Positions 48,259-52,315 of a DNA stretch of 52,315 bases are shown piece by piece. The notes beneath the pieces are model-generated. The model did not search any database. It was not told the DNA's origin and saw only the letters and a program-made list of their open reading frames with translations. Made by a program: the position numbers and the translations under genes. Within the stretch, counting starts at the first letter, position 1. Each line of letters opens with the position of its first letter. This stretch comes from Halanaerobiales bacterium (GTDB lineage Bacteria; Bacillota; Halanaerobiia; Halanaerobiales; M55B127). The stretch spans positions 1 through 52,315 of the forward strand of contig JAIPEX010000003.1 in the NCBI GenBank assembly GCA_021736945.1, read 5' to 3'.

Positions 48259-48806
48259 TGAAGACAAAAGATATTGAAATAAAAAATAAAATTAAAGATG
48301 GTTTAATGAAGTTAGTTAAATATTTGTTTGTTATTACTATAATACTGTTAAGTCTATATTATTTTTTCCCCGAAAAAATAATTGCTGGTTTAGGTATTTC
48401 AGCAGATTATGGAATTGAAATGGTAGCTATTTTTCCGGCAGTTATAGTTTTAATGGGTTTGGCAGATGTTTGGATACCAAAATCTTTGATTAACAAATAT
48501 CTTGGTAAGGAGTCTGGTTTTAAAGGTATTATACTATCGATAATTATGGGGACCTTACCAACTGGACCTGTATATATTGCATTTCCAATTGCAGCAGAAT
48601 TATTGAGAAAAAAAGCAAGAATTAGTAATGTAATGATCTTTCTAGGGGTTTGGGCATCTTCAAAGATTCCCCAGGTTGGTGTTGAAATAAAGTTTTTAGG
48701 GTTTAAATTTGCAATGTTGAGATTAATATTGACATTAATATCATTAATAATTATTGGATATTTAATTGAATATATAATAAATAAAAAAGAAGAGGCCGAA
48801 GTATAA
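48258..48806 (+). CDS. Predicted permease, DUF318/ArsP-like half (2)
   Basis: Hydrophobic; GTLPTGPVYIAFP, KIPQ...E..FLG; TAATG overlap with the previous gene. Confidence 0.75.
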   Translation: MKTKDIEIKNKIKDGLMKLVKYLFVITIILLSLYYFFPEKIIAGLGISADYGIEMVAIFPAVIVLMGLADVWIPKSLINKYLGKESGFKGIILSIIMGTLPTGPVYIAFPIAAELLRKKARISNVMIFLGVWASSKIPQVGVEIKFLGFKFAMLRLILTLISLIIIGYLIEYIINKKEEAEV

Positions 48807-48825
48807 ACTTGCGGCCTCATTAATG

Positions 48826-49557
48826 TTATTCTACAAAGGAACCTCTGATATTAATTTCTTGGTTTAAAGGTTTACCCGATATAATTAAAAACCTTGCTTT
48901 TTCTTTTGATTTAATAGTTGCTGCCTCGATTTTTTCAAAAAGTATTGCACTACCTTCTTTTATATTTTTTTCTTCTATTTTTATAGATCCTTTAACCACA
49001 TATATTAATCCATGGTGGTTTTTATTTATTTTCTGTTTAAGTTCATTATTTTTATTAAGAGTGATGTCTAGGTAATCTACCTCAGTATTTAAATCCACTG
49101 ATATATTTTTACCCAATACTTTTTTAATTTTACCCTCATCATCATCTTTAATAACTTTAGTTTCTTTTAGTTGTTGATAAGTTGGTTCAGAATTTTTTAA
49201 ATCATTTGGCAAATTAACCCAAAGTTGAATACCATGACTAAAACCAGTTTCACCCGGCTTTTCAGAGTGAATAATACTCTTGCCGGCATTAAAGGTTTGC
49301 AACCCTCCTGCATTAACTTCACTATTGTTTCCTAAGTTATCTTCATGAACAAAAGAGCCCTCTAACATATAAGTAACAGCTTCAAAGCCACGGTGTTCAT
49401 GTTTTGGAAAACTGGCTGGGCTCTTAACAAAAAATTCATCCATTAGAACAAATGGATCGTGGTGTTTAGGATAATCTTTACTTGGAAATATCCTTTTAAC
49501 AGTTGCACCTTGACCCTCTCCCATTTCTTTGCTTTCTATTATTTTAAAATTTTTCAT
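48826..49557 (-). CDS. Pirin-family protein
   Basis: GEGQGATVKR, DPFVLMD, HEHRGFE, HEDNLGN, HSE, QLWVNLP; ATG 49557 after GAGGTGA. Confidence 0.93.
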   Translation of the reverse strand: MKNFKIIESKEMGEGQGATVKRIFPSKDYPKHHDPFVLMDEFFVKSPASFPKHEHRGFEAVTYMLEGSFVHEDNLGNNSEVNAGGLQTFNAGKSIIHSEKPGETGFSHGIQLWVNLPNDLKNSEPTYQQLKETKVIKDDDEGKIKKVLGKNISVDLNTEVDYLDITLNKNNELKQKINKNHHGLIYVVKGSIKIEEKNIKEGSAILFEKIEAATIKSKEKARFLIISGKPLNQEINIRGSFVE

Positions 49558-49712
49558 ATGGCTCACCTCAAAAATATATTTTTCTCATTCTATCTTATAT
49601 TTATTATACATATTTTAAATTATATATTCAGTCAAATAACTTACTATTATATGGATAATTTGTTATAATATAATTGAAAAGAAAAAATCAACTATAAGGG
49701 GTGAAATATAAA

Positions 49713-50840
49713 ATGTATTCAAAGTTAGGAGAAGCCATAATTGATGGTAATAAAGGTGAAATAAGAAGTATAATTTCAGATCTTGAAAAAAAAGATATAA
49801 ACTTAACTAATTTTGTTGATGAATTTGCTTCAGTGATGTTAATGGAAGCCAATTTGTCCTATGGTAACTTTCATTTTATTAAGATGGCTTTGTTTTTAAG
49901 AGAACTATCTATTCAAGGGTATCTTAGTAAAGAAACAGAAAAAGAACTTATTAATCTTATGTCATTAAATATGACAGAAAGACATTTTGTGAAGGTAGAA
50001 GCTTATAGGTTTGGATATATGGAAAAAGAAGCAGACCAGTCAACTATTAAAAAAATGGTAGAGGAATTAGATAAAGGCAATTCTCATAATGCTTATTACT
50101 ATAGTTTAGGTCTTTTAGAATATAAACCAGAAGTATTAAGAAATAATCTGCTTTCTTTAGGAACTGAGTCCTTGTCAGAATCTTTAGGACACAGTTTTAC
50201 TTGCTTTTATCCTGTCATGAGAGATCTTATGGTTGCAAATTCTCGCCACGACACAAATGCTTTATTTAGTTACATATTATATTTATCTCGTTTTGATTAT
50301 GATGAAGAAGTACATATTCAATATGATAAAGATAGTTTTAAAAATATTTCTCATTTAATAGAAGTTTGTTCTTCAGGTGAAGGTATAGTTAATCTTCATC
50401 ATATGATTACTTTAACAATGTACTTGTTATGGGAAAAAGATGAAATAAATGGTGATTATATTCCATATCATAATTTTAATAATTGGATTGGAAATAAAAA
50501 TGTAGATGAAAAGCAGAGAGAAAAAATTGTAAATATGAAAACAGGAGGAGTTCACCTACCAAAAAATTATCATGACTTTGAAAATATATTTTCACTCAAT
50601 GATTTAGATAATTCATTACCAGTTTATTTTAAATTATTAGATGAGGATTATAAAAAAGCTGTAGACTGGATGTTTAGATTATATACTACTTATTATAATC
50701 CAAACTGGGATCCTCATTATTTCACAAGTCTTTATTCAGCATTGAAGTTGTTTCAAATGGATAATAGCAAAGATAAACTTCCTTCTAAAATGGCAATTTA
50801 TCAAGCCTTACGCTATTTTTCTCAAAGAGTAGAGATATAG
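49713..50840 (+). CDS. Hypothetical alpha-helical protein with four His-containing repeats
   Basis: Long ORF; ATG 49713 after AAGGGGTGA; no confidently recognised family. Confidence 0.75.
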   Translation: MYSKLGEAIIDGNKGEIRSIISDLEKKDINLTNFVDEFASVMLMEANLSYGNFHFIKMALFLRELSIQGYLSKETEKELINLMSLNMTERHFVKVEAYRFGYMEKEADQSTIKKMVEELDKGNSHNAYYYSLGLLEYKPEVLRNNLLSLGTESLSESLGHSFTCFYPVMRDLMVANSRHDTNALFSYILYLSRFDYDEEVHIQYDKDSFKNISHLIEVCSSGEGIVNLHHMITLTMYLLWEKDEINGDYIPYHNFNNWIGNKNVDEKQREKIVNMKTGGVHLPKNYHDFENIFSLNDLDNSLPVYFKLLDEDYKKAVDWMFRLYTTYYNPNWDPHYFTSLYSALKLFQMDNSKDKLPSKMAIYQALRYFSQRVEI

Positions 50841-50898
50841 AGGGGAAGTAAAAGAAATGGAAGTAAGAAATGAATTGTAGTGAATAAAAAGGGGAAAA

Positions 50899-50935
50899 GG
50901 GTTCTGATTTTTAAAATTGCTTTAAATCAGAACCC
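50899..50935. terminator. Hairpin between convergent genes
   Basis: GGGTTCTGATTT/AAATCAGAACCC. Confidence 0.65.
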
Positions 50936-50978
50936 AAATTGTGTTATTGGCAAAGTGTTAATTAAATAATATTTGTTC

Positions 50979-52115
50979 TTAAAATTCATTTGCCAAATCA
51001 GCAGGTTTCTTACCAATTTCAGCAAATAATATTTCAGAACTACCATCTCTAATTATTTTGATCATAATAGTTTCTCCAATACCATTATTTTCAATGATTT
51101 TTGATACTTCGTCAATATTTTCAATCGGTTTTTCATCGATTTCTTTAATTATATCATATTGCTGTAATCCTGCTTCAGCAGCTGGACTATCTTCTATAAC
51201 TTCGTGTACCATGACACCTTGTTTGTTATCTAGCTCAAAGTAACTTTGTACTTTCTCAGTTACAGGACCGTATACTATACCTAACCAAGGCCTTCTAATT
51301 TCACCTTCAGTTTTTAGATCATTTATATAGCCCTTAACTTCATTAATAGGAATTGCAAAACCAATACCTTGTCCTCTACGACTAACAGCAGTATTTATAC
51401 CAATAACCTCTCCATTAATGTTTAATAGTGGTCCCCCACTATTACCTGGATTAATAGCAGCATCAGTTTGAATTAAATTTTTATAGGTTCTTGAAGGCCC
51501 TCTATTTGTAGGAATTTGGATTGGACGTTCTAATGCACTAATTACTCCCGTAGTTACAGTGTGGCTTAAACCAAATGGGTTTCCAATAGCTATTGTCCAA
51601 TCACCAGGTCTAAGGTTATTTGAATTACCTAATGGAATAGGATTTAGACTTTTATCTACGTCAACTTTCAAGATAGCCAAATCAAGACTGTAATCCGCCC
51701 AAACAAGTTCAGCAGGAAGAGGTTCCTCAAAACCATTAATAGTGACATTTATTTCATTTGCATTGTGTACTACATGTTCATTTGTAATTATATATCCATC
51801 TTCAGTTACAACAAAACCACTACCATATCCTTCTCTTACTCGGGGTTGTTGTTCAGGTAATTGTTCGCCGAAAAAGTATTCGTAAAATTCTTCATCATAA
51901 TAGTACGGCATATTTCCATTAGAAACTTCTATTTTTGAAGTTACTTTTACTACACCTGAATCTACTTCCGAAGCAATTTCACTAAATACATTATTAGGTT
52001 TTACAGTGTCTTGTTTATTTTCTTGGGCAATTACTCCAGTTGAAAGTAAACCTACTAATAAAATTGAAAAGGCAATCATTAGAAGTGATTTAGGAAGCCT
52101 ATTTATTCTTTTCAT
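50979..52115 (-). CDS. htrA: HtrA/DegP-family serine protease with one PDZ domain
   Basis: GSGF, TNEHV, DLAILK, QTDAAINPGNSGGPL; PDZ SPAAEAGLQQYD. Confidence 0.93.
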   Translation of the reverse strand: MKRINRLPKSLLMIAFSILLVGLLSTGVIAQENKQDTVKPNNVFSEIASEVDSGVVKVTSKIEVSNGNMPYYYDEEFYEYFFGEQLPEQQPRVREGYGSGFVVTEDGYIITNEHVVHNANEINVTINGFEEPLPAELVWADYSLDLAILKVDVDKSLNPIPLGNSNNLRPGDWTIAIGNPFGLSHTVTTGVISALERPIQIPTNRGPSRTYKNLIQTDAAINPGNSGGPLLNINGEVIGINTAVSRRGQGIGFAIPINEVKGYINDLKTEGEIRRPWLGIVYGPVTEKVQSYFELDNKQGVMVHEVIEDSPAAEAGLQQYDIIKEIDEKPIENIDEVSKIIENNGIGETIMIKIIRDGSSEILFAEIGKKPADLANEF

Positions 52116-52138
52116 GGAACTTTCCCTCCTTTACTTTA

Positions 52139-52167
52139 AATATAATGATTTTTTCTTCAATAGTCAA
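52139..52167 (-). promoter_or_regulatory. Putative SigA promoter of htrA
   Basis: Minus-strand TTGACT-17-TATATT. Confidence 0.55.
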
Positions 52168-52315
52168 GTTATTTTCTAATTAAGGAAATTTCATATAAAT
52201 AAGCCTTGAGTTAACAGCATTGAAAACAATATAAAAAAGGCTTCACCCCATTTTTTGTTGAATATAGTTAATAGGCAAAAACAAAATAACCACAAAAAGA
52301 GAGGTGAAACCTATT

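Noticed and set aside
7853-51243. Other short antisense or overlapping ORFs (e.g. 7853..8239, 9629..10105, 30661..30996, 48407..48820, 49459..49668)
   Set aside because: They overlap well-supported genes on the opposite strand and lack RBS or family motifs.
1-52315. CRISPR array, prophage, integrase or anti-phage defence system
   Set aside because: No regularly spaced repeats and no cas, phage or recombinase genes were seen. PIN-PhoH has no adjacent antitoxin-like gene and sits in housekeeping context.

Overview
AT-rich anaerobic Firmicute DNA. The acidic proteins, betaine reductase and an OmpA-domain protein suggest Halanaerobiales (inference). The window opens on what looks like the right end (omega-RNA region) of an IS200/IS605 tnpB element. 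Housekeeping genes follow: an NSS transporter with an unannotated MetS-type small subunit, queG, nth, PIN-PhoH, a lysine riboswitch with an NhaC/LysW transporter, an FMN riboswitch with ribU, trmL and a LysM/M23 peptidase. The core (16.4-41.1 kb) is a selenium/Stickland supercluster in this order: yedF-selD-DUF3343; a tandem glycine riboswitch ahead of grdX-trxA-grdE-grdA-grdB (glycine reductase); iclR-rocD and a CsoR-box DUF305 insert; grdA-grdI-grdH-BCCT (betaine reductase) with a convergent TetR; trxB(+Trx-like domain)-trxA-grdC-grdD-csd-selA-selB and tRNA-Sec. Five genes (selD, two grdA, grdB, grdH) carry in-frame UGA selenocysteine codons and are split in the ORF track. An accessory region follows selC (secreted proteins, OmpA with a duplicated domain, arsR-acr3, rubrerythrin-like, TetR with split permease, pirin, a His-repeat unknown, htrA). 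The most notable observations are exact nucleotide identity tracts between paralogous selenoprotein genes (86 nt across the UGA/SECIS of grdB and grdH; 119 nt in grdA), a TrxR fused to a cysteine-free thioredoxin domain, an anti-P1 hairpin upstream of the lysine riboswitch, candidate operators, and a probable ATC start codon. No clearly novel multi-gene system can be established from the sequence alone.
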